The notes under the pieces are model-generated. The model ran no database searches. It saw only the letters and a list, made by a program, of their open reading frames with translations, and had not been told where the DNA came from. 64,000 nt of DNA from the human T2T-CHM13v2.0 reference genome, Homo sapiens. The DNA lies in assembly GCF_009914755.1 (NCBI RefSeq), contig NC_060927.1; one strand, 5' to 3'. How positions within the stretch are numbered: position 1 is the first letter of the stretch; each line of letters starts with the position of its first letter. This document shows positions 30,891-45,663 of this stretch, piece by piece. The translations under genes were made by a program, and so were the position numbers.

Positions 30891-32799
30891 TTAAGAGTAA
30901 ATTGATTCTGAATAAGGGCCCCTTTAAGATTGAATGAGTTTTAATAAAAAGGAACTAGGGCCATATCTTTCGTTGTATAATAACCTTTTTTATTCTTTAG
31001 AGCAGTATCCAGTTGTGTTAAAATAATTAAAATTTCCAAACTTTCTATAATAAAAGTTACCTTTATAATTGAAAATGAGAAATATTATTTTAATGATAAA
31101 ATAGCTGTATAAATTATTAAGAGAGTTCTCCTAAATCTGTGACTCTGGTTTAAATGTGACTGCTAAAGTCACAGGCACATAGCTCAACCATTTCCACATA
31201 TACACCTGCTCTTCCTTAGCTTGGAACACCACATGGATAAGTTCCAGGCAAAGCAAAGGAATCAAAGGAACTTTCTAACTTTGGGAAATTCCATGTTCTC
31301 TTTGTTCCTACATTATTGTAGCTCTTCACGGTGGGGAATAAAAGGTCAGGACTTTAGCTTTCAAGAAACCAAGTTGGACAAATCACTATACATACAGTCC
31401 TGAACTCATATGCATGACGGAGTGAGTCCCCAGTCAATTCCTTCAGGCATTGAGTCTGGCATGAGCACAAAAAACATTTTCATAAAATTCATGTTTTACT
31501 GTTTCCTGTTCCCTATCCATGGTTGAAGTTCAGTGGGTCAAGGATAGGTAAACTGTTAATGATTTCATCTTGCAGAAACAGAGCAATAAAAGCACACATT
31601 TGGAGAGAAAAAAAGCAATATAATAAAAAAAATCTCCTCCCTTTAAAAAAGTAATCAGGTTTAATTAAAAGGAAACAAACATTTGACTTGAGAGTGGCTA
31701 TTTTTTTCTAACACTTTATTGTAAGACTCTATGTTAACAAAAAAGCTAAAAGATATAGAATATTTATCACTTAAGGCAATAAATAAAAATATTCAGTCAA
31801 CTCTGTTGCTGCCACAGGAGTAATACTGTTATCTCAGAAGATCCTAAGTAATATTAACCGAGATAACATATGTGAAAAATTACTACACTATAGAGGGAAA
31901 AAGCAGACTAGTGTTTGCCAGGGGCTGGAGGTGGGGGAAGGAGTTGACTTTAAGGGCCCAGGGAAATTTTTCTGGAGTGATGGAATTGTTCCATGATTTA
32001 GTTGTGGTGCATTTATGTACATTTGTCAAAACTTGCAGAGTGAATATTACTGTTCATAAATTATACCTTAATAAAAAATATTTTAAATGCCTCACACACA
32101 GAAGGTAGTCAAGAGAAATTCAAAAATTAGTTTTCACTTTAGATGATGTGTTATATTCTCAAAAATGGAATGAATGTGAGAACCAGTGCATACAGTTGAG
32201 TGTGTGTCTAAATTTATGCTCCTATTTGAAAGCTGACATGCTGTCTCACAAGTGTTTAGATGCTTATAAGCCTTATTTCTGTCATTGTCCACAAATAAGA
32301 TACAGAAATAGGGTTTTTAAAGGGTTGTGGCTAGGTAGGCCACCTGCCAGTTCTGTCCAAACTGTCCAAACGTACCAGGACTGTCTCTGGTCTCTGATTT
32401 GGGGGTGGAAAAAGAAATTTTCAAGTAAAATGACACAGCATGAATGTAATTAACAGAAATGTTAAAATTGAGAGCTGCAAAAATAAAGTAAAATAAGCTA
32501 AAGAGTCATGCTAACACTCTGGGTCACAGTCACACTTGCCAGTGGCATTTGAATAAATGAAGCGTGAGATTTACCCACAGTTCTTGCAGACTTTGAATGT
32601 CATGATTCCATAGGTATGTGACTGTGTTAGGATTAGAATGTGAGGTGTGTGGCAGCCACTGAAGTGGACAATAGTGAAATGGGGTCACACCCTTTAGGAG
32701 CATTTTGCAAGCTAAAATCTTTGGAATGATGGAGGGTTATTCACTGCTGATAATGGCAAAAAGTTAATATTTCTCGCATTTTTGAAGTGTCAAGAATTT

Positions 32800-32975
32800 G
32801 GCTAAGTGTTTTATATTTATTACTCAGAATAGTCTATTGCTGTATTATTGCCTCCATTTTACAGATGGGAAAGTTGAGGCAAAGAGATTGAGTTACTAGC
32901 CCAAAGTCACAAAGCTAGTAAGTGTGGTAGAGCTGAAATTTGAATCCATCTAAATTTCCTTCTTCTAACCACTAT
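32800..32975 (-). mobile_element. MIR
   Basis: ccattttacagatgggaaagttgaggc...cccaaagtcacaaagctagtaagtg. Confidence 0.8.
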
Positions 32976-33187
32976 CCTACAATAATCATTTGCTCAGTGG
33001 AAATGCTTTTGATCATATCTTCTGGTAGTTATATAATATTTATTGAAAAAAATATTTCATTTTATAAATTGCACATTGTAAAAAGACCTTGTGAAGGAGG
33101 ACAGATGAATTGAAAATTCAAGGTATTTTAGATTTTTAAATAAGTACCCAAGAGCTTATATCTGTAGTCTAAGGCTTAAATGCAGCT

Positions 33188-33222
33188 GAGGGAGGGAGAG
33201 AGAGAGAGAGAGAAAAAAAAAA
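33188..33222. repeat. (GA)n/A-rich simple repeat
   Basis: gagggagggagagagagagagagagaaaaaaaaaa. Confidence 0.8.
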
Positions 33223-35778
33223 GCAAAACATTATGGAGGAGATGGGCAGCAAGGACTGTGCTTCCAGAATTAATGCAGGGCACTCTGACCTTGCTGTGAA
33301 ACTGACCAGACAGGGTAGAAACCAAGGGCTGGAAAGGCTCTGCCTTGTAAAAATGAGATGGAACAAGCCAGGGCCTTGATAGATAGCTGAGCAAATATTG
33401 AGGTCAAGAACCCTATATGAGTCTTATTCTAAGTTCAATCCAACTCCTGGAAATCGAATTATCTATTTCTTAAGATTTACAGTGATCCTACACTTCTTGG
33501 GGCCAATTCATGGAGTGATAAGGTGTTGTAAGCATCCAGGACACACAGCCTTTATTATTCTATGGTTCAACTCTGATGAAAGAAAAGTTCTGAAGAATCC
33601 GGGCTACTTTCCTTTGTTCAAGAAAAATTAGGGTTTATTTCAGAAACTCTACTTTTTCTGTTTAAAGAGATTATGTTAAATGAATATACCAGGCATCATT
33701 CAATAAAATTGTTTTTGCTTTTCTGGAAGGTAGATCTAGAGTCTACAATTATTTTATTCCCTTTTTGAAAATACACAGGACTTATTATTTGTACCATACT
33801 CTTCAGCTCTTGAATATATGCAGCTTGAACATCTCACTTATACTATTCTTTAATTGCCCCGTCTTTGTTGGTCTGGCTTTCTTAAGCTTTTTATAAGAGG
33901 GAAGATTCATATACTTCTTCTGCAATACAATGTATGAATAGTCACATTAATTGAAATAGACTATAATCAGTTCAAGTCCAATTTTTCTACAAATTATTTA
34001 CAAAAAACTTTTGTTTCTAAGATGTTTTTGGATGTAGAAATTACAAATACAATGTACCAGTTTGTGGACCTGTAATACTATGCCAGAAAGGAGCTTTATT
34101 TGTTTATACTGCATATGTTATATTTTTAAATAAACAAATTAATAATCTTAAACATACAAAAATATACACATGCATATACTTGTACAAACTACAATTAGTA
34201 TTAAAGTAACTTTCTTACCTAAAGCTTTCAAAAGAGTATATGCATTGACAATATTGAGTCGGAAATTTGAGAATGGTGATGCTATTAGCAAGATAATAAT
34301 CTATTACATTTATATATTACTTTATGTTTTGTCAAGTGCTATTACATTTACTATCACTTCAATCTTCATACGAATTCTGTGAAGCAAACAAAGCAATAAT
34401 TATTACTTTTTTAAAAAATCATGTCCATTTTTATCTAGTTCCCAAAGTAAGATAAATTTCTTCAAATGTATTATGGAAAATAACAGGAGAGAAAGTTGAG
34501 AGATTTTCCCTATGGTTTTACTGAAGAAGAAATTTGAGGTCAGAGAGATTCCATGGCTGACTCTGGGTCAATCAGCTAGAAAGTGGCACAGCTAGAATTG
34601 GAGACTAGTCTGACCCCAAGACTTGTGGATTATTCTCTCAACAAATCTAGTGAGCACCAACTTGGTGTCAGGCTCTCTGGTAAGCACATCTGCTATGCCA
34701 CAATGTCTTCAGCCAAGAAACAGAAGAAAAGACACAGAATTTTACAACTTAAACCAACCATGGGAATCTAGGTCTGAAGAAAGTACTAGGACTACACTGT
34801 TAGCAGAATGACTTCTTTTCATTTTAAGGGGAATATTTAATTTGCTAAATAAAGCAGAATCTTTCTTCCCAAAACTTTGTTTCAAGTATTTGATGGGTCT
34901 CTTGAACCCAACAATCATAGTAGTGCTGGTTGGGGGCCTGTTCACTAGCGTGGAGCAAAGCTACCTTATACCAGCCACTCCCATAAATGGCCACACTTGC
35001 TTTGTAAGATATGAAACTTAACATGTGCAGCTCTGAGAATCTACTGATGGTTGGACTGAAGTGGTAAACATAGGCCAGTTTGGTGAACTATTAAACTATT
35101 TCCCAAAACTTAATCTTTCCCCTGATACTGTGGTGAAATGGTTATCATTAAACTATTCCTGATGGGTTTTAGAAAACGAATTTATCGTGAATTAGAATTG
35201 ACCTAAAGCCATTTAATCCAATTGTCAACTTTATAATGAAGGGCTTCAAATTTAGATTTTTGATGTTATCTCCAACTGAGGTCATACATACAGTCTGTAT
35301 TTATTTCCTGGCACTGCTGTCACAAAGTACCACAGACTACATGGCTTAAGCCATACAAATTTATCATTTCACAGTTTGGGAGGTTAGAAGTCTAAAATTG
35401 AAGTGTCAGCAACGTTGCTTCACATTCTGAGATATTGAGGCTTAGGACTTCAACATATCTCTCTGGGTATATGAAGGCTAATGTTGTGTATATCTTGAAG
35501 GGTGTTTTGGATGAGATTAACATCTAAATCAGTAAATTTTGTGTAAATCATGTTGCGCTCCATTATGAGGGTTGGCCTCACCAAATTAGTTGAAGGTCTG
35601 AATAGAACAGTAAGACTAGCCTTCCCTAGCAAAAGGGAATTCATCAGCAAACTGTCTTCACACTTCATCTGCACCATCAGCTCTCCTGGGTCTCCAGCCT
35701 GCTGGCCCCACACTGCAAATTTGTACTTGCCAGTCTCCATAACTGCATGAGCCAATTCCTAATAATAAATTTCTCTTA

Positions 35779-36214
<436 letters not shown>

Positions 36215-36554
36215 TCAACATCACCTGTTGTGTATTATGAATTAAAATCTTTTTGCAAATCCTGTAATCATCTTGTGAATGTTACCATTATATTGCATTA
36301 TACTTTCTAGTGTTTCAAATATCAGATAGATGTATTTGAAATATACCATAAATGTTACAGACCTGCTTTGGAATTTATTTCTATTTTAATATGTCAGAAG
36401 CCTCAAAAATTGGAAATAGCTTAAGTCTTTCTCAACTTCTCAGAGACTCTACTTAGCTGTTACTTCTCTACTTACCTCTGCCATTTGCCTCCAACTACCA
36501 GGAAATTCTTGCTAATTTTTGTCTAATGGCCTTTGCATACATTCTTCTTCTTCT

Positions 36555-36683
36555 TTTTTTTTTAATAGAGACAGGGTCTTGCTATGTTGGCCAGGGTAGT
36601 CTTGAACTCCTGGCCTCAAGCAATCCTCCCACCTCGGCCTCCCAAAGTGCTGGGATTACAGGCATTAGCCACCACACCCAGCC
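36555..36683 (-). mobile_element. FLAM_C
   Basis: Single left monomer (ctcctggcctcaagcaatcctccc). TSD acattcttcttct. Confidence 0.85.
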
Positions 36684-36929
36684 TGTACACATTCTTCTTC
36701 TACTTTCTTTCTCCGGTTATTTTCATCACCTGCTCTAAGATAGCTTCTCAAACTCCAACCTTACTTAATCACTATCTAATTAATTACATATTTAATTTGT
36801 GCTAATATAAGGAAAAAATCTTTTCTTCTTTCATTTTCATATGATAATTCCAGCCTTCTTCATAACTATGTGTGGTTTTGTGATAAAGTTGTCTCCAATA
36901 TCTTATAGGTACGACTAAGCAATTTGGTT

Positions 36930-37175
36930 TCTAAAGTGTAGTGGGAAGCCACTGAAGTATCAGGAGAAGGTGAATTATACAATTCCATTTTTCTTGGAAA
37001 GATTCCTCTGGCTGATTTGTAGAGAATTAATTAGAGAAGGCAAAATGTATGCAGGAAGACAAGATAAGAAGCTCAAAAATTAATCCAGATGAAGAGATTG
37101 CAGTTTTATCTGGTACAGTTGCAATGAACACTGAGAAAGAAAAACATACTTGGTAATTGGTTAGATATGAAGAAT
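36930..37175 (-). mobile_element. L2 fragment
   Basis: gggaagccactgaag...aaagattcctctggctg. Confidence 0.6.
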
Positions 37176-37542
37176 AAGGAAGGAAGGAACTGTCAGTAAT
37201 GACTAACAGATACAAAAAGATGGCCAACCTCACCCATAATAAGATAAATGCAAATGAGATCTACACTGAGATACATTTCTCAGCTTTATTTTTGAAAAAA
37301 AAAAATCCAAAATCTTGACAACATTCTCTGTTGATGAGACTTGGGGAAACAAACACTCTCATTTAATGCTGGTGGAAATACCAAATGGTATAGCCTCTTT
37401 CAAAGACAACTGAGCAACAGAAACATTTATCCTTTGACTCAATAACCCCACTTCTAAAAATCTGTTCCAAAATTACACTAGCAAATATACAAAATTGACA
37501 CATGTACAATGCTATTCACCACAGAAAAATTTGTAATAGCAA

Positions 37543-38240
37543 CCAGTGAATATATTGGAACTTGCTTGTATCCACTTGCAAAAATTGATTGTTACATTTC
37601 CAAGAATTTTGCAAGCTAGTTTTTAAACACAGCCACTGTTGAAATTATATTATATAGACTTACAATTAAATAAATTATGTTAAAAACAAAGGTAAGCCAG
37701 GCATAGTGGCTCATGACTGTAATCTCAGCATTTGGGGAGGCCTTGATGGGAGGGTCACTTGGGCCCAGGAGTTCAAGACTAGCTCAGGTAACATAGTGAG
37801 ACTTTGTCTCTACAAAAAAATAAACAAAATTGGCCAGGCATGGTGACACACACCTGTGGTCCCAGCTACTTGGGGGGCTGAGGTGGGAGGATCATTTGGG
37901 CTGGGGAAGTTTAGGCTGCAGCAAGCCATGATTATATCACTACCATCCAGCCTAGGGAACAGAGCATGACCCTGTCTCAAAATTTAAAAAACAAAAAACA
38001 AAAACAAAAAAAACTATGCTGTTGAGATTATTTACATGTACTGTATCCAAATGTTGGGAATACTATATATTGAAGTGCTATTGTACATCACTTCCCCACT
38101 TCACATTCAGTGACATTATGTTAGTAGCTTAAAATCAGCCATGGTAGGAGTATTGACACTACAAAAATTTGCAAACTCCAAATCAGGACTTTTTTCCCTA
38201 TAGAGATCTAGTTGTTAAATATTTACCAGCACACAACTGG
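37543..38240 (+). mobile_element. MER63 (hAT-Blackjack), split by AluJ
   Basis: Ends ccagtg...caactgg; interior cacattcagtgacatt...aaatcagccatggtaggagtatt. Confidence 0.75.
37696..38012 (+). mobile_element. AluJ
   Basis: cccaggagttcaagactagc...aacatagtgagac; tgtggtcccagctac. Confidence 0.88.
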
Positions 38241-39664
38241 AAACAATGCAAATATCCACCAAAGGGTTCTGGTTGATTAAACCATGATATACCCACTCAA
38301 TTGAGAAATATGTAACTATAAAGGGAAACAGAGCTATTTTTATATACTTTATATAAAACTGATCTCTAGGAAAGTGAAAAAAGTAAGCTGAAGAAAAGTG
38401 TGTATGTTACCATTTATTGGTAGAAAGGAGAGATATAAAGGAAGAATATGAAAGGAGGGAGGATACAAAGACATATGTTTTCATATTTTTTTAATGTAAG
38501 GCTAAAGCAAAAAGGTTTTTAAATGGCTACCTACAGGGAGAGGAAAGAAACTATAAGGAAGACAGGAATAAATGATGAACTTTTTGCAATAGATCTTGTT
38601 TGGTACATTTCTTTAAGTCCCATAACCATTTTACTTAATTAAAATTTAAATTAAAGTTAAATTTTTTCAATCCCTAAAAATCTAAGCAAAATGAAACCAA
38701 TCTAAGCAATGAGTGGATGGCATAATTATATATAGAAGAAGTATTTCAAACAAACTGAAAACACAATAATTTCATTTGTCTATTTGGATATACCCTGAAG
38801 CTCAAAATAAATAAATAAAATGTTTTTTAAAAAAAGATCTTGAGTAATTTTCAGCAATCATATTGTTAGTGACAACATTGGTTATGATTTTCTGAAACTA
38901 TTATAATACAATCTAGGATAAAGAAAAATAGATAAAGGATAAAGAAAATAAGTAATTATATTTACACATTTAGGAACCAACTTTTTTTACAATAGTAGAG
39001 AGAATATAAATTTAAAATCAAAGAAGTCAAGTAAAAGTATTATAATCTTAAATTTAAAATTAAAATATCATGATTTCTATACACCAACAACATCCAAGCT
39101 GAGAGCCAAATCAAGGAAGCAATCCCATTCACAATACCACAAAAAGAGTAAAATACCTAGGAGTACAGCTAAGAAGGAAGGTGAAAGATCTCAACAATGA
39201 GAATTATAAAACACTGCTGAAAGAAATCAGAGATGATACAAAGAAATGGAAAAACATTCCAGGCTCATGGGTAGGAAGAATCAATATTGTTAAAATGGCC
39301 ATATCACCCAAAGCAATGTACAGACTCAATGCTATTCCTATCAAATTACCAATGACATATTTCACAGAATTAGAAAAAACTATTCTAAAATTCATATTAA
39401 ATCAAAAAAGAGCCTAAATAGCCAAGGCAATCCTAAGCAAAAACATTAAAGCTGGAGGCATCATACTACTTGACTTCAAACTGTATGACAAGGCTACGGT
39501 AACTGAAACGGCATGATACAGGTACAAAAACAGATACACAGACCAATAGAAGAGGTTACAGAACCCAGAAATAAAGTCATACACTGCAACGAACTGATCT
39601 GCGACAAAGTTGACAATGGTGCTGGAATAACTGGCTAGCCATATGCAAAAGAATGAAACTTCCT

Positions 39665-40002
39665 TTTTTTTGTTTTTTTTTTTTTGAGATGGAGTCTCAC
39701 TCTGTCACTAAGGCTAGGCTAGAGTGCAGTGGCGCAATCTCGGCTCACTACAAGCTCCTCCTCCTGGGTTCACACCATTCTCCTGCCTTGCCTCCCGAGT
39801 AGCTGGGACTACAGGTGCCCACCACCACACCCAGCTAATTTTTTTGTTTTTGTTTTTGTATTTTTAGTAGAGACGGGGTTTCACCGTGTTAACCAGGATG
39901 GTCTCGATCTCCTGACCTCGTGATCTGCCTGCCTCAGCCTCCTAAAGTGCTGGGATTATGGGCGTGAGCCACCACGCCCTGCCTGAGCCACCGCGCCTGG
40001 CC
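39665..40002 (-). mobile_element. AluY with duplicated 5' end
   Basis: gggttcacaccattctcc and aggatggtctcgatctcc; tgagccacc(a/g)cgcc occurs twice at the 5' end. TSD ttccttt. Confidence 0.88.
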
Positions 40003-40338
40003 TTCCTTTCACCATATATAAAAATCAACTGAAGATGGATTAAAGACTTAAATGTAAAACCTACAACTATAAAAACCCTAGAAGAAATGTAGGAAATAAC
40101 ATTCTGGACATTGACCCTAGCAAAGATTTCATGATGAAGACCCCAAAAGCAATTGCAACAAAAACAAAAATTGACAAATGGGACCTAAAGAACTTCTGCA
40201 CAGCAAATAAAACTATCAACAAAGTAAACAGACAACTTATAGGAAGGAATATTTGCAAACTATGCCTCTGACAAAAGTCTACTATTCAGAATCTATAAGG
40301 AACTTAGACAAATCAACAAGCCAAGAACGACTGCATTC

Positions 40339-42105
40339 ACCTCTGAGACCGCATCTGCCCCATAAGCACAGAGTCTTGCCCTCGCCGCTCTGCCACGGGT
40401 CCACACCCACTGCCAGCTCATCATGGATAATGATATCGCCACGCTCGTCATGGACAATGGCTCTCCCATGTGCAAGGCCAGCTTAGCAGGCGACGATGCC
40501 CCTCCATCGTGAGGCACCCATGGCACCAGGGCATGATCGTGGGCATGGGTCAGAAGAAGTCCTACGTGGACAATGAGGCCCAGGGCAAGAGAAGCATCCT
40601 GACCCTGAAATACCCTATCGAGCATGGCATTGTCACCAATGGAGAAGATCTGGCACCACACCTTCTTCAACGAGCTGCATGTGGCTCCTCAGGAGCACCC
40701 TGTGCTGCTGACTGGGGCCCCCCTAAACCCCAAAGCCAACCGTGGGATGACCCAGATCATGTTTGAGACCTTCTACACCCCAGCCATGTAGGTGGCCATT
40801 CAGGCTGTGCTTTCCCTGTAAGCCTCTGGCTGTACCACTGGCACCGTGATGGACTCTGGCAGGGTCACCCACACTGTGCCCATCTACAAGGGGCACGCCT
40901 TCCCTGGTGCCATCCTGCATCTGGACCCGGCTGACTACCGCATGAAGAGCCCCGGGAAGTGCAGCTACAGCTTCACCACCACCGCTGAAGAGAGCGTGAG
41001 ACATCAAGGAGAAGCTGTGCTACCTCACCCTGGACTTCCAGCTCCTCCCTGGTCACTGTGGCCTCCAGCTCCTCCCTGGAGAAGAGCTACAAGCTGCCTG
41101 AAGCCCAAGTCGGCACCATCAGCAACAAGCTGGTCCTCTGCCTCAAGGCTCTTTTCCAGCCTTCTTTCCTGGGCATGAAATCCTGTGGCATCCACGAAAC
41201 TACCTTCAACTCCATCATGAAGTGTGACATGGACATTTGCAAAGACCTCTACACCAATGCAGTACTGTCCAGTGGCACCACTGTGTACCCTGGCATCCCC
41301 CACAGGATGCAGAAGGAGATCACCACCCTGGCTCCCAGCACAATGCAGATAAAGATCATTGCTCCTCCTGAGCGCAGATACTCTGTGTGGGTCCAGTGGC
41401 TCCATCCTGGCCTGGCTGCCAGGCTTCCAGCAGATGTGGATCAGCAAGCAGCAGTACCACAAGTCCCACCCCTCCATTGTCCGCCACAGATGCCTCTAGG
41501 AGGACTGTCGCTTAGTTTTCTTAGTTTCATTACACTCTTTCTTGACAAAAACCAAACTGGCACAGAAAACAAGATGACATTGGCATGCCTTAATTTGTTT
41601 TTGTTTTTTGTTTGTTTTCGTTTTTGTTTTCGGCTTGACTCAGGATTTAAAAATTGGACCATGACAGTGTCAGCAATGGGTTGGAGCCAGCATCGCTCAA
41701 AGTTCTACAGTGTGGCCGAGGACTTTGATTGTATATTGTTATTTTTTTAATAGTCATTCCAAATATCATGAGATGCTTTATTACAGGAAGTCCCTTGCCC
41801 TCCAAAAAGCCACCACACTTCTCTCTAGGGAGAATGGTCTAATCCTCTCCCAAGTCCAGGGAGGTGACAGCATTGCTTTCATGTATATTATGTAATGCAT
41901 AATTTCTTAAATCTTTGCCCTAGTACTTTTTAAATTTTGTTTTATTTTGAATGATTGGCATTGTGACCCCCCTTTTCTGTCTCCCAACTTGAGCTGTATG
42001 AAGGCTCTTGGTCTCCCTGGGAGTTGGTGGAGGGTGGAGGCAGCCTGGGCTTCCCTGTACACTAACTTGAGACCAGTGCAATAAAAGTACACACCTTAAA
42101 AAAAA
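40339..42105 (+). pseudogene. ACTBP16: Full-length processed pseudogene of beta-actin (ACTB)
   Basis: Intronless copy with the ACTB 5'UTR (acctctgagaccgc...gccagctcatcATG) and ATG at 40423 ([14 protein letters not shown], a beta- rather than gamma-type N-terminus). It has many frameshifts and stops, the old stop TAG at 41497-41499, the ACTB 3'UTR, AATAAA at 42080, a short A tail and a diverged TSD. The ACTB origin is clear; the paralog number is recalled from memory and unverified. Confidence 0.93.
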
Positions 42106-43032
42106 GACCCCATTAAAAAAATGGACAAAGGATATGAACAGACATTTCTCAAAAGAAGACATACACAATGTCAATAATAAGCATATAAAAAAAGTTCAAC
42201 ATCACTAATCACTAGAGAAATGAAAAAAAAAACCCAATAACATACCATCTCACATCAGTCAGAATGGCTATTATTAAGAAGTCAAAAACAACAGATGCTG
42301 GCAAAGTTGTGGAGAAAAGGGAACACATATACTGCTGATGGGAATGTGAACAAGTTCAACCACTGTGGAAAGCAGTTTGGAGATTTCTCAAAGAACATAA
42401 AACAGAATTACCATTTGTTCCAGCAATCCCATTACTGGATAGACACCCAAGGGAATGTAAATCATTCTATCAAAAGGCATGCACATGTATGTTTATCGAA
42501 GCAATAGTCACAATAGCAAAGACATAAAATCAACCTAGATGCCCATCAACAGTGAACTGGTGAGGAAATGTGGTACATATATACCATGGAACACTACACA
42601 GCTATAAAAAAAGAATGAAGTCATGTCCTTTACAGCAACATGGATGGAGCATGAGGCCATTATCCTAATTGAAGCAATGCAGAAACAGAAAATCCAAATA
42701 TCACATGTTCTTACTTATAAGTGGGAGCTAACCACTGAATACATATGGACACAAAAAAGTAAACAATAAACACCAGGGCCTCCTTGAAGGCAGAGGGTGG
42801 GAGGGGGGTGAGAACTGAAAAACTACCTATTGAGCACTATACTTATTACCTGGATGATGAAATAATCTGTACACAAAACCCTGATGACATACAATTTATC
42901 CATATAACAAACCTCCATATGTACCCTCTTAACCTAAAATGAAAATTGGTAGGAAAAAAATTTAAATAACAATTAAACTAAATTAAAATATTATAAAATC
43001 AGATTTTCTCTTTTAAAAAATGTATGTAATCC

Positions 43033-43353
<321 letters not shown>

Positions 43354-43604
43354 TTAGCTATGTTCACTGAACAAGTGTAGAATCAAGGACCAATGAAGCA
43401 ACAATGAACACTCCTAAAACCCAGACCACGGTCTCTAAATATCATTTCCCAATACTAAATACCTTAGAGAAATGGATGATTTCTCTACTAGAGCAGGAGA
43501 GGTCTATGATAATCTTGATATATCTTATAATATTGAAAAAATTAAGCTATTAAGTACAATTGAAATTTGTTAAAAGGACTCAGGAGCCAAACTGAAGAAG
43601 CCTC

Positions 43605-43890
<286 letters not shown>

Positions 43891-45001
43891 TCACTCATGG
43901 AAGATGATACAGAATGAACTAATCACACTGAAAGCTGATGAATAAAGGAAAAGAATATTTTGTCTTTCCTATATGAAAGGTACTGCTGGATAACCAAAAG
44001 TTGTAAGGGGAAGTTAATCTTTATAGAAGAATTTCAACCAATAAATGCAACACTGATTAAAAAATAGAATATTAATATTTTGTAACCACTAACGATATAA
44101 TGGATCTATTCTAAACAATGACCATCAACAGTTGTTCACATCACAAAAAGGAGAGACAATCTGACTTTCTGTGCTTCCTGATGAAAGTACCCAACACTTT
44201 CCATAAACTATTCCTATAAAAAAGCAAACCTGAACAAAACCAAGTTAAGCCTTCAGCTCAAACTACCAATTTACAGGAAATTAGGGGGACAAAAGAAAAC
44301 TACAAGGCAAATGTTTCTTCAACAAATATATTTGGGATGAGGGGAATAAGAATGAGAATGATTAAAGAAATTTAAGATATTTGTCAACATTTGCCATTTA
44401 CAGACTTTGTATGGATTCTTATTTAAATTGACAGTGAAAAAAAGAAAAAATTATGTGACAATTTATAATAATTTCATAAATATTTTAAGAGTCTTTATTG
44501 TTTTAGAGATACATACACAAATAAATATGCATAAAATGGTATGGTGTTTAGAATTCACTTCCAAATAATCTAGTTTGGGGCATGGTGGAGTGGGTGGCAA
44601 CATAAATGAAACAAGATTAGCCATGCTAATTGTTGAAGTTAGGCATTCTATTTTTATATATATTATAAATTCTTTATATTAAAAATTTTTTTTTAAAAGT
44701 TTAAATGCCTGTCCTGTTTCTGTTTGAACTGTAGGGATAGAGATGCCATTTCTAACTCTGTAATATTTTGAGAAGGACCAATTTGCAGGTGGGGAAGAGA
44801 TCTAGAAGGAGGAAGATTAATAATTTAACTTTCAGTTCTGAACATAATTCGATGTATCTGAGAGACATCCAAGTGAAGATACTAGTAGTCAGATATATAC
44901 AGTCTGAGCCTCAGCAGAGAGACCTGGACTAGAGATATAAATTTAGGATTTGTCAGCATGTGGATCGGAATTGGCGCATTACATAGAGAACGAATATGCT
45001 A

Positions 45002-45339
<338 letters not shown>

Positions 45340-45363
45340 TCCAAATGTAGTGTTCTAAAGTCC

Positions 45364-45663
45364 TTTTTTTTTTTTTTTTAAATGGAGTCTCGTTCTGTCA
45401 CCCAGGGTGGAGTGCAGTGGCGTGATCTCAGCTCACTACAACCTCCACCTCCCAGGTTCAAGTGATTCTCTCCTGCCTCAGCCTCCCAAGTAGCTGAGAT
45501 TACAGGCGTGCACCACCATGTCCAGCTAATTTTTGTATATTTTTAGTAGAGATGGGTTTCGCCATGTTGACCAGGCTGGTCTTGAACTCTTGACCTCAAG
45601 TGATCCACTCATCTAGGCCTCCCAAAGTGCTGGGATTACAGGTGTTAGCTACTGCACCCAGCC
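45364..45663 (-). mobile_element. AluSx/Sz
   Basis: Full reverse dimer. TSD about taaa(g/t)tc(c/t)tt. Confidence 0.9.

Larger units (their letters stand above)
37215..39056 (+). mobile_element. L1MC-type 3' end, interrupted by MER63, AluJ and L1PA15; resumes at about 42997-44700
   Basis: ORF2 C-terminal motifs (aaatgcaaatgagatctacactgagatac) and a long AT-rich L1MC 3'UTR. Confidence 0.65.
39074..42979 (+). mobile_element. 5'-truncated L1PA15-like element hosting AluY and the ACTB retrocopy
   Basis: [30 protein letters not shown] is ORF2p, and the 3'UTR is L1PA type. Approximate TSD aaattaaaatat(c/t)at(g/a)a at 39057-39073 and 42980-42996. Confidence 0.88.

Noticed and set aside
41058-41750. 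230-aa ORF with C-terminal actin similarity as a functional truncated or fusion actin
   Set aside because: It starts at GTG, covers only about 110 aa of diverged actin, then frameshifts into the 3'UTR. The upstream CDS has multiple stops and frameshifts.
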